IMG/VR virus record: IMGVR_UViG_3300046820_000327
Location: 1-60,395 of that record
Source: a virus
Taxonomy: Duplodnaviria > Caudoviricetes
Strand: one strand, 5' to 3'
DNA: 60,395 bases
The notes under the pieces: generated by a model
Database searches by the model: none
What the model saw: only the letters and a program-made list of their open reading frames with translations
Told to the model about the DNA's origin: nothing
Made by a program: the position numbers and the translations under genes
Shown: piece by piece, positions 1 through 9,234 of the stretch
Numbering within the stretch: the stretch's first letter is position 1
Layout of the letters: the number at the start of each line of letters is the position of its first letter

Positions 1-1
1 C

Positions 2-991
2 TACTAATGTGCCATCTACCAAGCGTCTGCGTATCACAGCATATAAATCATCACCCAGCAGTTCATAGAATATGCCATTAAAAACAGTGAACATGCCCAA
101 GCGTTTGGCAGTATTGGTCTGGCGACCGCACCAGTTGGCCACAGCATACCATTGATGTGCTGTGCCTGGACGCATCTTGTGTCTGCGTCTGCTGGCACGA
201 ATGGCATAACCGTTGGAGTCAGTGCCTGCGGTAAGGTCTATAGAGGCCAAATACTGAATCCATATGACCGCGGCACTGGTGCCTGATGTTTTTTCGTGAT
301 AGCGTAGGTCACCGTCCTTGTCCACTGCGGGCACATACCACCAGTTCTGTCCCTGTGTGCTGACACGCAGGCGTCCCGATGTGTCCAGTTGATTATTAGT
401 GCTACTGGGCCAAAAATGAACTTCATTGTAACTGCCGTTGGGTGGAGTTACCGTGACATTGCCAGTTATGGCCGGCATAGTGCCGATGTTTACATTACCA
501 GTGACGCCAACGTTGCCTGTAATGCTGGGCATTGATGTTATACTTACGTTGCTGGGGAAGTTGTCTACGCTAACATTTCCTGATACGGAAACATTACCAC
601 GAATAGCAGGTAGTGTTGCAATACCAGCAATGTTGCCTATAACTGTAACATTGGCATTGCCGGTTGTGACCCAAGGTGTTGTACCTTGCTGAACCGTAAG
701 GTTGCCACCGCTTACTACAACGTTGCCTTGTATGGGAACAAAGGTTGTCAAGTTACCAAAGGTGCCTAGTTCAGTTAAGTGTACGTGTACAGGATTTTCA
801 GGAGTAGAACTTACAGTAACTTCACCGGGGATATTAACGTTACCTGAGATTACAATATTACCTTCAAATGTGCTGTTAACACGCAACTCGGGAGTGCCGT
901 CGTTGCGATACTGCATGGCCTTGTGAATGTTCAGCAGGTTGGGTTCGTCTGAGTGAACGTAGTCTGTTGAGTTAGGATTTTGAACGCCCAT
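2..991 (-). CDS. Putative virion structural protein, truncated by the window edge (not in ORF track)
   Basis: ATG at 991 overlaps the upstream stop (TAATG). Both ends that I translated are open and in frame: MGVQNPNSTDYVHSDEPNLLNIHKAM..., GNVxV low-complexity repeats, then an LDTSGRLRVS...KRLGMF...NGIFYEL beta-rich domain. Confidence 0.75.
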   Translation of the reverse strand, partial: MGVQNPNSTDYVHSDEPNLLNIHKAMQYRNDGTPELRVNSTFEGNIVISGNVNIPGEVTVSSTPENPVHVHLTELGTFGNLTTFVPIQGNVVVSGGNLTVQQGTTPWVTTGNANVTVIGNIAGIATLPAIRGNVSVSGNVSVDNFPSNVSITSMPSITGNVGVTGNVNIGTMPAITGNVTVTPPNGSYNEVHFWPSSTNNQLDTSGRLRVSTQGQNWWYVPAVDKDGDLRYHEKTSGTSAAVIWIQYLASIDLTAGTDSNGYAIRASRRRHKMRPGTAHQWYAVANWCGRQTNTAKRLGMFTVFNGIFYELLGDDLYAVIRRRLVDGTLV

Positions 992-1851
992 TACTGCTTA
1001 ACACCGATAAAAATGTGATCGTAACGACCGGCAGTCCAAGTATTGCTGTTGGTATTGCCGTATCCTGAGGTTAAAGCACTACGACAAGCGGAATTAAATG
1101 CCGACGCATCGTATACAACCAATACCACAATGTTACCAGCGGCCACGGCACCAAGGGCGGTAGCCATTGCGGTTACGTTTGCTGGATCGATGTATGTATC
1201 AAATCGATACGAGGCTTCAACATCTCCATCGTTATTCAACACAACCATAGTATGTCCACGAAGTTCAGTGTTTAAAACTTCGACGCCGTTAACAACTACT
1301 CGGGCCGGTTGAAACCCAGGCACATCATAGCTGGATGAATAAGCATAAATTTTATTGCCCTTTACGTATTGCGTAGTTGATAATGCTGTGGTAGTGTTAA
1401 TTGCTTCATAGAATGTAAATGTGCTGACTGTTTCTATCCAAGGACGTCCTGCAACTAGTCCGCCAATGTTAGGATTGTCTACAATATCATCATCGTCGAA
1501 CAATGTCGGTAGTGTGGTTAGGTCAACTGTGGATCTTGGGTTACTAGAATATGCTCTGTCAATTTGTGCCAGATCCAATTTGGCTTTTTGTCTTTGTTCG
1601 CGAGTGTCTAAGTGTGCAATTTTGTTGTGAGTGCGTACCGCCGATCCAGCAACAATACCAGATGCGGCAAGTGTGGCAGAGCCAGACAATATTGCATCGC
1701 CAAACACAATATCGTACCAGGCACTATCGTAACCGCGAGCCGTATTAATGGCAGTTTTCAGCTGATCAACTGTTTGACCATTGTCAATGGTATAGCTGTC
1801 ATAAACGGCTGTGTTAACTAAACTCTGTACAGTAAATGTAATGTTGGCCAT
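991..1851 (-). CDS. Fusion of an N-terminal ubiquitin-like domain and a C-terminal ILEI/PANDER (GG-type lectin) domain
   Basis: Residues 4-75 align by eye to ubiquitin. The C-terminus RGHTMVVLN...FDTY...GNIVVLVVYDAS...RYDHIFIGVK follows the ILEI pattern. Confidence 0.7.
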   Translation of the reverse strand: MANITFTVQSLVNTAVYDSYTIDNGQTVDQLKTAINTARGYDSAWYDIVFGDAILSGSATLAASGIVAGSAVRTHNKIAHLDTREQRQKAKLDLAQIDRAYSSNPRSTVDLTTLPTLFDDDDIVDNPNIGGLVAGRPWIETVSTFTFYEAINTTTALSTTQYVKGNKIYAYSSSYDVPGFQPARVVVNGVEVLNTELRGHTMVVLNNDGDVEASYRFDTYIDPANVTAMATALGAVAAGNIVVLVVYDASAFNSACRSALTSGYGNTNSNTWTAGRYDHIFIGVKQ

Positions 1852-2078
1852 TAGTTACCTGCCTTGTGCTGATGATTGGGATACATGCTGATGCTGTCTG
1901 CACGAATGTCTGCAGGATTCTTGGGTGCATTTAAATCTGTACCACCTGCAACAATAGTGGCTACTGGTACAGTCAACTCATTGGGTTGATTTGCATATTC
2001 TGGTTCTTTTGCGGGTTCATGTTCTACACCGTCAATAAAGTCCAACAAGTGTCTAAATGTAATTTCTTTGGCTAGCAT
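1851..2078 (-). CDS. Hypothetical late protein
   Basis: ORF coupled to the next gene; a TAAATA box lies about 20 nt upstream. Confidence 0.7.
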   Translation of the reverse strand: MLAKEITFRHLLDFIDGVEHEPAKEPEYANQPNELTVPVATIVAGGTDLNAPKNPADIRADSISMYPNHQHKAGN

Positions 2079-2129
2079 AATTGTAATCCTGTATAGTGTA
2101 TTTATGGGCTCATTACTTAACCCTGGGTC

Positions 2130-2154
2130 AAAAAAATACCCGCCGAAGCGGGTA
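2130..2154 (-). terminator. Intrinsic terminator with a cUUCGg loop
   Basis: The minus strand reads TACCCGC-TTCG-GCGGGTA-TTTTTTT. Confidence 0.9.
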
Positions 2155-2181
2155 AAAATTCACAGGAGATTTACAACAAAA

Positions 2182-2361
2182 TCATTGAACAGTATGCGAC
2201 AAGTAGTCAGCACCTGCTATTTTAACCATTGCGGCATGCATCACACAACGATGAAATTCTTCGAGCTCTTGCTCACTGGCGGCTGTTTCGGGAAGATTGC
2301 CTTGGCATACGTCCCAAAGGCGTTGCATATCTTCTTCCTTTAACCAAGTTTCAAAAGTCAT
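2182..2361 (-). CDS. Small hypothetical protein, 59 aa (MTFETWLKEEDMQRLWD...; not in ORF track)
   Basis: TAATG coupling with the upstream ORF; ends just before the terminator. Confidence 0.65.
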   Translation of the reverse strand: MTFETWLKEEDMQRLWDVCQGNLPETAASEQELEEFHRCVMHAAMVKIAGADYLSHTVQ

Positions 2362-2546
2362 TACAGGCCCTTAATGTGATTAATTACCGCGGTTGCTTCA
2401 GGAAAGCCCTCACGCTCTTTTTGAGCAACCACTTGCTCAATCATGTCTGCTTGTATATCGTGTAGTCCACTAACAAACGTCATAATGTCCTTTTTAGGCA
2501 TAGTATAACGAATACTATATAACAGTTGATTCTTTTTGTCGTTCAT
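2361..2546 (-). CDS. Small hypothetical early protein
   Basis: ATGA/TAATG coupling on both sides. Confidence 0.65.
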   Translation of the reverse strand: MNDKKNQLLYSIRYTMPKKDIMTFVSGLHDIQADMIEQVVAQKEREGFPEATAVINHIKGL

Positions 2547-2920
2547 GATATTACCCTTTTGGTTGTACTACGATCACTGTACAATTTTGTACCTTGTACT
2601 CTAATCAAATCTGCAGATCCCTGCGGGTTGTCGTTGAACATTTCCGTTAGATCCTGCTCAGTAATGCTGTCCACAGTATGCACCATGTAAATTTCATAGT
2701 TACGCTGTGGATTGAATCTTGCTCGCATCTGCAGGTAATGCAAAAACTTACTAACTTCTTTTAGTGGCTCGTTGGCTGGTTCTTGATCAGGATTTTTAAT
2801 ACGCTCAAACAGGCTATCTTTTTCAAAACGATTGGCGTCACTTACCAACTGTGTAATATCACGACAGCACTCAATACCGTTGCAGTCCCAGCTGAGAATA
2901 AAAATGTTTTGCTTGCTCAT
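2543..2920 (-). CDS. Hypothetical early protein
   Basis: ORF track; start moved to MSKQN, which overlaps the upstream stop (ATGA). Confidence 0.7.
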   Translation of the reverse strand: MSKQNIFILSWDCNGIECCRDITQLVSDANRFEKDSLFERIKNPDQEPANEPLKEVSKFLHYLQMRARFNPQRNYEIYMVHTVDSITEQDLTEMFNDNPQGSADLIRVQGTKLYSDRSTTKRVIS

Positions 2921-3333
2921 TTGTTCTTCCATGCATTATTAGCTTCTTCCAGCAACGACTCTAAATCTATTAGGCATTCTTCGGTGGGCACAAACTTGCC
3001 CACACGTTTCTTTTTTGTTCCTGTCTTAGAATCAAGTCCAAGCAATTCACGTTCCTCACTAGACAGTTTAGACAGTGCTTCGGCCTTGACACGCTCGCGA
3101 CGTTCTTTTTCTATCAAGCGAGCTTGTTCCTTGCGATCAGCTTCTTTATGTTCTTTCCACCAACTTGCTACTTCGTCGTCTTTAAGCACTAGAAAGTCTT
3201 CAAGTCCATTTTCTTCTAAGGCCGTCATGGCCTTGCATGCAATACGGGCCAACTTGTCGACCTTGGCTTTTAATTTTGTGTTTTCTGCTGATCCAGAACC
3301 CCAGCTATCGCTTTCATAATCCCTGCAAGGCAT
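2917..3333 (-). CDS. Hypothetical early protein (MPCRDY..., coiled coil)
   Basis: AAGGAG RBS; charged helical sequence. Confidence 0.75.
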   Translation of the reverse strand: MPCRDYESDSWGSGSAENTKLKAKVDKLARIACKAMTALEENGLEDFLVLKDDEVASWWKEHKEADRKEQARLIEKERRERVKAEALSKLSSEERELLGLDSKTGTKKKRVGKFVPTEECLIDLESLLEEANNAWKNK

Positions 3334-3342
3334 AGATGCTCC

Positions 3343-3570
3343 TTAACAATAAAATACCTCATTACGCTTACCTGCACCGATAGCACTATAAACATATTCA
3401 CGAACTACGGTGTCTGTGGCTTCGCCGTACAACTGTGCATCACTATCGGCTAGCACATACAGTTCACTTTGTGTACGAGCCCAGTCCCACCCATTCTTCT
3501 TTGCTCGCTCAACAATACGAGCCACTTGATAATTACCTTCGCTTGTAAACATTCCGTATTCGGGCGTCAT
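3343..3570 (-). CDS. Hypothetical early protein
   Basis: AAGGAG RBS. Confidence 0.75.
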   Translation of the reverse strand: MTPEYGMFTSEGNYQVARIVERAKKNGWDWARTQSELYVLADSDAQLYGEATDTVVREYVYSAIGAGKRNEVFYC

Positions 3571-3580
3571 TGACGACTCC

Positions 3581-3853
3581 TTATCTAGACAAATTAATTA
3601 CACGACCTTGGTATTCCATAAAACTAACTCTCCAAGGAACAAATACAGTTTGACCAACCCGGCAACCATTGCGACGTTCTGTAAATTCCTTACCATCAAA
3701 CACGTCTTTGGTAACACGAATTTTGTAAGCATTGTAACCACATTCAGCTACTGCGTTACGCTCTAAAACTTCACCTTCAACAAAACAGTCCTCACGACCA
3801 ACCATTGGTTTAAAGTCATATGAACGAATAATGTCTTTTACTTGAACTTCCAT
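3581..3853 (-). CDS. Hypothetical early protein
   Basis: AAGGAG RBS and its own sigma70 promoter. Confidence 0.8.
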   Translation of the reverse strand: MEVQVKDIIRSYDFKPMVGREDCFVEGEVLERNAVAECGYNAYKIRVTKDVFDGKEFTERRNGCRVGQTVFVPWRVSFMEYQGRVINLSR

Positions 3854-3884
3854 TTTATAGCTCCTTAATTAACTGTATATGTAT

Positions 3885-3913
3885 ATTATACATTTAACCG
3901 AATTATGGGTCAA
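3885..3913 (-). promoter_or_regulatory. Early sigma70-type promoter (repeated family)
   Basis: TTGACC-cataattcggttaaatg-TATAAT, 17-bp spacer. Confidence 0.85.
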
Positions 3914-3918
3914 CCGTT

Positions 3919-4044
3919 TTACTTGCGGTAAATTTCACGGGCCATATCAGCACCCTTGCTGTAGCCGCGGGCACGACCAAAACAGTAGCCCAAAAAGATA
4001 CCATATGCTAGAACTGCTAAAATTACTATTGTATTTGTTTCCAT
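3919..4044 (-). CDS. Small membrane protein, 41 aa (METNTIVILAVLAYGIFLGYCFG...; not in ORF track)
   Basis: AAGGAAG RBS, own promoter, one hydrophobic helix. Confidence 0.6.
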   Translation of the reverse strand: METNTIVILAVLAYGIFLGYCFGRARGYSKGADMAREIYRK

Positions 4045-4076
4045 TTAAAACTTCCTTTTTCTTAACTATTTGTAAT

Positions 4077-4105
4077 ATTATACAATTAATTGAATTTTGG
4101 GTCAA
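4077..4105 (-). promoter_or_regulatory. Early sigma70-type promoter (repeated family)
   Basis: TTGACC-caaaattcaattaattg-TATAAT. Confidence 0.85.
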
Positions 4106-4110
4106 CCATT

Positions 4111-4437
4111 TTAGTGGCTGTTTAATGCTGGGGCAAATTCACGGATCAATTCACGCTCACGGGCATGGGCTGGTTTACGGCCACGCACAAATTCCATAAC
4201 ACCGTAGGTGTGATTTTCCACACCGTATTCGCGGATGCTGTTGCAAAGTGCCCAATCTTTGTTTTCTGTAACTGCACGGCGAACGTGCTTTTGCATACGA
4301 ACACGCAGAGCTTTTTTAACTTGCTGTCCGCATACTGTGATACCAATATACTGCTGTTGCGTTACTGTATTAGTAATCACATAAACCGCATGCTTGGTAT
4401 CTTGGCGTCTTTTACGGGTTGCTTTTTTAATTTCCAT
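4111..4437 (-). CDS. Small GIY-YIG nuclease domain protein
   Basis: AVYVITNTVTQQQYIG...R.QKH...E..LI motif. Likely start MEIKK at 4437, 7 nt after the -10 box. Confidence 0.8.
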   Translation of the reverse strand: MEIKKATRKRRQDTKHAVYVITNTVTQQQYIGITVCGQQVKKALRVRMQKHVRRAVTENKDWALCNSIREYGVENHTYGVMEFVRGRKPAHARERELIREFAPALNSH

Positions 4438-4443
4438 ACTAGT

Positions 4444-4472
4444 ATTATACAATTAATGGATTTTTGGGTCAA
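4444..4472 (-). promoter_or_regulatory. Early sigma70-type promoter (repeated family)
   Basis: TTGACC-caaaaatccattaattg-TATAAT. Confidence 0.85.
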
Positions 4473-4484
4473 CCAAAAGAAAAG

Positions 4485-4534
4485 GTTAGTAAACACTAAC
4501 GTAAGTGCTTGCTAACCTGTGGCTTTTTTACAAC
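4485..4534. promoter_or_regulatory. Palindromic operator-like boxes upstream of the early promoter cluster
   Basis: Tandem GTTAGTaaacACTAAC and GTAAGTgcttGCTAAC, then TGTGGCttttttACAAC. Similar boxes occur at 46732-46778. Confidence 0.5.
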
Positions 4535-4541
4535 GAAATTA

Positions 4542-4772
4542 TTAATGTAAAGTTTGGGTATTATCGATATTATCTAAATCATTAATACCGAATATCTTTA
4601 GAATTTTAGCGATATTCTTAGGAGTTTTAAATGGTACATTATCGGGTAAAAATACTGATTTTAATTCGCCGTCGGGACCGAATATAAATCCATAATCATC
4701 ATCAGTGATTTCTTGATCGTAAACATCGTCAACATTATATTCTTGTTCACTGCTTTGGTTCATTTTGCTCAT
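4542..4772 (-). CDS. Hypothetical acidic protein
   Basis: ORF track; AT-rich. Confidence 0.7.
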   Translation of the reverse strand: MSKMNQSSEQEYNVDDVYDQEITDDDYGFIFGPDGELKSVFLPDNVPFKTPKNIAKILKIFGINDLDNIDNTQTLH

Positions 4773-5373
4773 TATTCAGCTCCAATAGGTTAAGATATTT
4801 TTGTATTTCTTGTTCTAATTTTACAATAACTGACTTGTCGTTGTCAAATGTAGTTTGATATACTCCGTACATTACGCACTCTTGAGGTATGCAACCACGC
4901 ACAATTGATTCTGCGGCAATACTAAATCCGTAAGCATCCAGTTCTGCACCATCACCTAGATATTCTTGCTCACTGATCAGTGGATTGCCTTCGGGTAACT
5001 TGCTTTCATATGCTTTGAACTTTTGTCTACTGCGATGTTGTTGTCTGTGCACCAGTTCGTGACAGATACATTCAGCTAGATCGAATGCCAAGGTTTCCCA
5101 ATCAATTAAATCTGTAAAGAAATACTTTTGATCGGGATGATAACATAGTGTGATTTCTACACTAGGTAAATCCTGGCTGTCGTTAAAACAATCATATATT
5201 CCAGCCACAACAATCATGTCTGGATCTACTGCTGGATCACGATGTGTACGAAATAAAAAATCCGTAGCCGGAAACTGTCTACGGATTAATTTAGTAACTT
5301 CGCTAGCAGTATATCGGCGACCTTTAAAAGTATCGCCGATGTCTAGTATGCGTGAGTGTATTTCAAAAAACAT
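4747..5373 (-). CDS. Putative zincin-like metallopeptidase
   Basis: HELVH (HExxH) motif plus a downstream YL...ELDAY motif. Confidence 0.6.
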   Translation of the reverse strand: MFFEIHSRILDIGDTFKGRRYTASEVTKLIRRQFPATDFLFRTHRDPAVDPDMIVVAGIYDCFNDSQDLPSVEITLCYHPDQKYFFTDLIDWETLAFDLAECICHELVHRQQHRSRQKFKAYESKLPEGNPLISEQEYLGDGAELDAYGFSIAAESIVRGCIPQECVMYGVYQTTFDNDKSVIVKLEQEIQKYLNLLELNNEQNEPKQ

Positions 5374-5690
5374 TATCTAAATAATATCATCGCCATAATA
5401 ACAGCTTGAGTAATAAACCCTGCACCGTTGGTAATAATATTTATAGAGTTTTTCAGGATGATGGCTCGGATAAACAACAGTACCAATCCTGCCCAAGCAA
5501 ATAACACCACGTCCAAGCTAGGTGTGCGATCACTGAGTGCTGTAAGCAAGGCCAACAAAGTTGGGATAGTTGCACAATGCACAACTACAATGGCTAGCCA
5601 CTCTAGGGTGTCTGCCGAGATCTTGCTAAAGTGATCTGCGAAGAATTTGGTAATAGCCGCACGAATGCTATCTACGGTAAATTTTTGCAT
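5373..5690 (-). CDS. Small membrane protein with about 3 TM helices (possible holin-like)
   Basis: Three hydrophobic segments; directly downstream of the cell-wall hydrolase. Confidence 0.6.
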   Translation of the reverse strand: MQKFTVDSIRAAITKFFADHFSKISADTLEWLAIVVVHCATIPTLLALLTALSDRTPSLDVVLFAWAGLVLLFIRAIILKNSINIITNGAGFITQAVIMAMILFR

Positions 5691-5692
5691 GA

Positions 5693-6271
5693 TTAGTCCT
5701 TATAGAAAATATGTGCACCGATTTTGCCAACCTTGGGTTTTTTCCAACCCGGGCTAACATAGTCTGCGTGATAGTAAAGAGCGTCTTTCATTGACGGCAA
5801 ACGGAAATTTTCAAGTAACACCTTTTTAGCTACTTCTTCGCTTTCTTTGTAAAGTGCTGGATGCACTGGGCGAACTTTATGTGTGTTTTCACAGAACCAT
5901 GAGAACTGGCAAATCACTCGATCGTACACTACATTCTTTTGGTGTACAACTCCGCATACGTCTTTGGCAAAGCGTCCGCTTTCTAAACGATTCATTGTAA
6001 CTTGTGCTACTGCTACTTTACCTTCAAACGGCTCTGATGCCGCTTCCCAGTAAATATTTTTAGCCAAGCAATCTAATTGCTTGGTACGATCCGCTACACT
6101 AGTAAATCCTTGGCGAAGCTCTTCGCCGGTACTGCGTAGCGTAGTTAATTTTGTGTTTGTAACTGTAACTAGTACAGCCATGACTAAAATAAAACCTAAA
6201 AACTTAAATAGGTTCCTTGAAAGTCTCACCAAGCGGTCTTGGTCACTATGCGACAGGGTTAATGTCTTCAT
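5693..6271 (-). CDS. SleB/CwlJ-like cell wall hydrolase (Hydrolase_2) with an N-terminal anchor
   Basis: CLAKNIYWEAASEP...GKVAVAQVTMNR...QFSW...ALYYHADYVSPGW...IGAHIFY. Confidence 0.9.
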   Translation of the reverse strand: MKTLTLSHSDQDRLVRLSRNLFKFLGFILVMAVLVTVTNTKLTTLRSTGEELRQGFTSVADRTKQLDCLAKNIYWEAASEPFEGKVAVAQVTMNRLESGRFAKDVCGVVHQKNVVYDRVICQFSWFCENTHKVRPVHPALYKESEEVAKKVLLENFRLPSMKDALYYHADYVSPGWKKPKVGKIGAHIFYKD

Positions 6272-6357
6272 TTTGGCTTTCCTCCTTTTAAGGGTTGTTA
6301 GTTATATAAGCTAGTAAAATCTGAGATAAAGACTACTATAACTAGATAACTAGGTAC

Positions 6358-6387
6358 ATTATAGCATATTTTTTGATATTTTTGCAA
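6358..6387 (-). promoter_or_regulatory. Sigma70-type promoter for the hydrolase operon
   Basis: TTGCAA-N18-TATAAT with an extended -10 TG. Confidence 0.6.
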
Positions 6388-6418
6388 GTAAAAACGGGTT
6401 ATAAAGAAGCCAAACCGT

Positions 6419-8332
6419 TTATATGAATTTTGATACGTCTACTTTGATGGTAGTGGATTTACCTTCAATGGCATCCAATTTTTCGGTGATTGTAACCAGT
6501 TGCTCTTCAGATGGATTTGGGTTAGCATCTAACCAATTGGTAACATCATTTCTCATGTTATCAATTTTACTCAAGGCCGACTGGGTGTCTTGGAGATTAT
6601 CCGAATCCCAGTCCACTGCGTCTGGATCAATTTTTGGCAATTCTGCGGCTAGGGTTTTAGCTGGATCAGCTTTAGTCGGTAAAGGTATATTTAAACTAGT
6701 CTGACGTGCAATATTACGCCCTTCCATTAGACTGGATTTAATAGCATCGCCATATAAGTCGTTGGACGCCATTCCCTCAAACATTTCGCTGAATCCTAAT
6801 TTTTGTTTGTCTACACCAAACGAGTGTAACTTGCTGGCCATACCAAGTAAACTACCAGGGCCTGCTGGCACTAGAGCAGATGTTGGATCAATGCCTGCCA
6901 ACGATAAATTGCTTTGTTCTTTAGATAACTGTGCAGTTGTTGATGCCAGGGCACCATTGGCTTTGTCTACTACCGCCTTGAGATCTGCATTGCCTGCTGC
7001 CTGGGTAGTAAATGCGTTAACCGCGGTAGTTACATCTGCTTTGGCACTAACTACATCTGGGTAAGAATTTATATATGCTTGTAAATCTTCGCCAGTTAGG
7101 CCAATTTCTGTTCCAGCGGCGGTAGCGGCTTGTGTTGCCGAACTAAGAGCATTGGCTTTATTAATCATATCCTTGCCAACTACGCTTTCAGCAATTTTTT
7201 CCATGCTCTTACTAATATCACGGAAACTATCCATGTGTGCTTTTCCGCTGACACTACCTAGCATATCACTCATGGTAGGTAAGCCTAATGGACTATCTCC
7301 TGAACCTAGCATACCCTTAAATGCACTGGCTATGTCGTCGGGCAATGGATTTTTTAATCCTTCGAGATTAGGCAAACCAGGCACTTCTATTTTCTTTAGC
7401 ATGTCTCCAACTTTACTAAAGTCAGTAAAGTTTCCACCCAAATTACTAAAGGCATTTCCTAGTCCTGCTAAATTACCACCGGGTATAGCTTTCATAATAT
7501 CAGGGCTAACAATATTTTTAACATCAAGTACACTGGCTAGACTACTTAAATTTGCAGTAGCAGGAAGTTGCAGTCCTGTTTGCTTGATAATTTTTTGCAA
7601 GTCGTTACCTTGTACTTCTCCTAAAATTTGCTGTAGTTGGGCTGGCGGAATGTTGTCTATGTTTCTTGGGTCAAATCCCGCTTGAGCAATCATATCATTG
7701 ATACCAACGCTGTCGGCAAGACCTTGATTTTGTAAATTCTTGATAAGGCTGGCAGGATTTCCCAAATTAGCCATGTCCTTGGCATCAAACATAGTCCCAA
7801 ATCCGCCAAGGCTTTTTCCTAATGCACCAATGTTATCTTTTGCAGACATTGCTAAAGACGTAATTGCGCCAGCACCGGGTAAACTTGACATACTAGGTAG
7901 TGCAGGTAATCCACCAAATACGTTACTCATGCCATTGCTGGCCATACTGGCAAATCCTGAAAATCCTACACCTAAGTCACTAAATGATTTACCACCGAAT
8001 TCTTTTAGTGCGGCTCCCCATTCAGCGGCCGCGGCGCCAAAGCCTGCACTTTGATTCATAATGCTGGTAAACTTTTTAAGTCCTTCTACACCCGGCTGTA
8101 TGATACTACTGGCCTGTGTTTGAATAGCCGATAGCTGTGTGCCTGAGTTACGCATGAAATCAGGCAGACCTGTGATTGAACTAGGCATTAATGTACTTAA
8201 ACTGTTTAGAGAGCCAGTAACTGGACTAGAGTTAAAATTATTAAAATAACTGGTCATGTTTGAGCTTACGCCCAGACCTTGACCGTCCATGAATCCTTTT
8301 GCCGCTATTAATACGCTTGGTGTAATTGCCAT
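6419..8332 (-). CDS. Large Gly/Ala/Ser-rich helical virion protein (tail/baseplate-associated, uncertain)
   Basis: 637-aa low-complexity ORF; TAAATA box upstream; adjacent to PAAR. Confidence 0.6.
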   Translation of the reverse strand: MAITPSVLIAAKGFMDGQGLGVSSNMTSYFNNFNSSPVTGSLNSLSTLMPSSITGLPDFMRNSGTQLSAIQTQASSIIQPGVEGLKKFTSIMNQSAGFGAAAAEWGAALKEFGGKSFSDLGVGFSGFASMASNGMSNVFGGLPALPSMSSLPGAGAITSLAMSAKDNIGALGKSLGGFGTMFDAKDMANLGNPASLIKNLQNQGLADSVGINDMIAQAGFDPRNIDNIPPAQLQQILGEVQGNDLQKIIKQTGLQLPATANLSSLASVLDVKNIVSPDIMKAIPGGNLAGLGNAFSNLGGNFTDFSKVGDMLKKIEVPGLPNLEGLKNPLPDDIASAFKGMLGSGDSPLGLPTMSDMLGSVSGKAHMDSFRDISKSMEKIAESVVGKDMINKANALSSATQAATAAGTEIGLTGEDLQAYINSYPDVVSAKADVTTAVNAFTTQAAGNADLKAVVDKANGALASTTAQLSKEQSNLSLAGIDPTSALVPAGPGSLLGMASKLHSFGVDKQKLGFSEMFEGMASNDLYGDAIKSSLMEGRNIARQTSLNIPLPTKADPAKTLAAELPKIDPDAVDWDSDNLQDTQSALSKIDNMRNDVTNWLDANPNPSEEQLVTITEKLDAIEGKSTTIKVDVSKFI

Positions 8333-8385
8333 AGAAAAATTTACCTTATACTGTATTTAAGGCTATTTTTAATGCTGGGTTTTAA

Positions 8386-8676
8386 TTATTCGCCGATATC
8401 AACATCCGAGCTACCGCTGGCTACTATATGACCACACTCAAATGGGTCATCTTTACGAGCCGCGGCACGACCATTGATAAACACAGTTCCACTACCAACT
8501 TTTACAGGGTTAGGTACATGCGGTGCATGCGGGGGACCATAGGGACTGTGATCACTGCTCATTGAACCTACTGTGGCCGCAGGCTTTCCGTTAATAAAAA
8601 CATCGCTACTGCAATCGCTTTCAATAATACCGTCACAGTCTGCTAACGGATCGTCTTTACGTGCGGCCTGTGGCAT
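8386..8676 (-). CDS. PAAR-repeat spike tip protein (T4 gp5.4-like)
   Basis: PQAAR, VFINGKPAA and VFINGRAAAR..D...CGH repeats. Confidence 0.9.
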   Translation of the reverse strand: MPQAARKDDPLADCDGIIESDCSSDVFINGKPAATVGSMSSDHSPYGPPHAPHVPNPVKVGSGTVFINGRAAARKDDPFECGHIVASGSSDVDIGE

Positions 8677-8990
8677 TAGGTAATGATTCCTTGTTTAGGA
8701 ATAATATCAATTCCTGTGGTGGTTTTTAAGTAGTGGCTTTTCATTTGTTCCAAACTTTCAGCACAGAACATAACATGGCTTTTACTTAGTGTTACAGTGG
8801 CTTTTTCGTTGGCGCTGAATAAGCTCTGAATTAAACCTAGTCCTTGTGGGCTCGGAACCACGGTGCAAGGACTGGAAATCCTATAGAAACCGTCGGTTTC
8901 TTCAATGATTTTAGCCACAATTTCGTCGCCATTAACTAACTTGAATGATACAATATCGCCATCTGCGAATTTTTGATTTGAAATTAACAT
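8676..8990 (-). CDS. Sm/LSm-like fold protein
   Basis: IVSFKLVNGDEIVAKI resembles the Sm1 motif. Confidence 0.55.
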   Translation of the reverse strand: MLISNQKFADGDIVSFKLVNGDEIVAKIIEETDGFYRISSPCTVVPSPQGLGLIQSLFSANEKATVTLSKSHVMFCAESLEQMKSHYLKTTTGIDIIPKQGIIT

Positions 8991-8991
8991 A

Positions 8992-9234
8992 TTATCCTTT
9001 TAGAGTTGTCCAAAATTCTTCTGGGCGGCCTGCTAGGCCTTGGTACCCACCTGCTAGCAATACACCATCGTTAAATATCTGTGGTACACTACGTAAACCT
9101 TGGTCAACAAGTAACTCACGTGCATCCGGTGTTTCTTCGATATTTACTACTGTGTATTCTATGCCCTTGCTTTCCAGTAGGGCCTTGGCTCTATCGCAAA
9201 ACGGGCAATTATTTTTACTGTAAACTGTTATCAT
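8992..9234 (-). CDS. nrdC: Glutaredoxin
   Basis: CPFC active site, SVPQIF and GGY motifs; follows nrdB. Confidence 0.9.
   Translation of the reverse strand: MITVYSKNNCPFCDRAKALLESKGIEYTVVNIEETPDARELLVDQGLRSVPQIFNDGVLLAGGYQGLAGRPEEFWTTLKG

Noticed and set aside
8386-8676. Type VI secretion or contractile injection system suggested by PAAR
   Set aside because: The context is T4-like phage genes; PAAR is the normal gp5.4-like spike tip.
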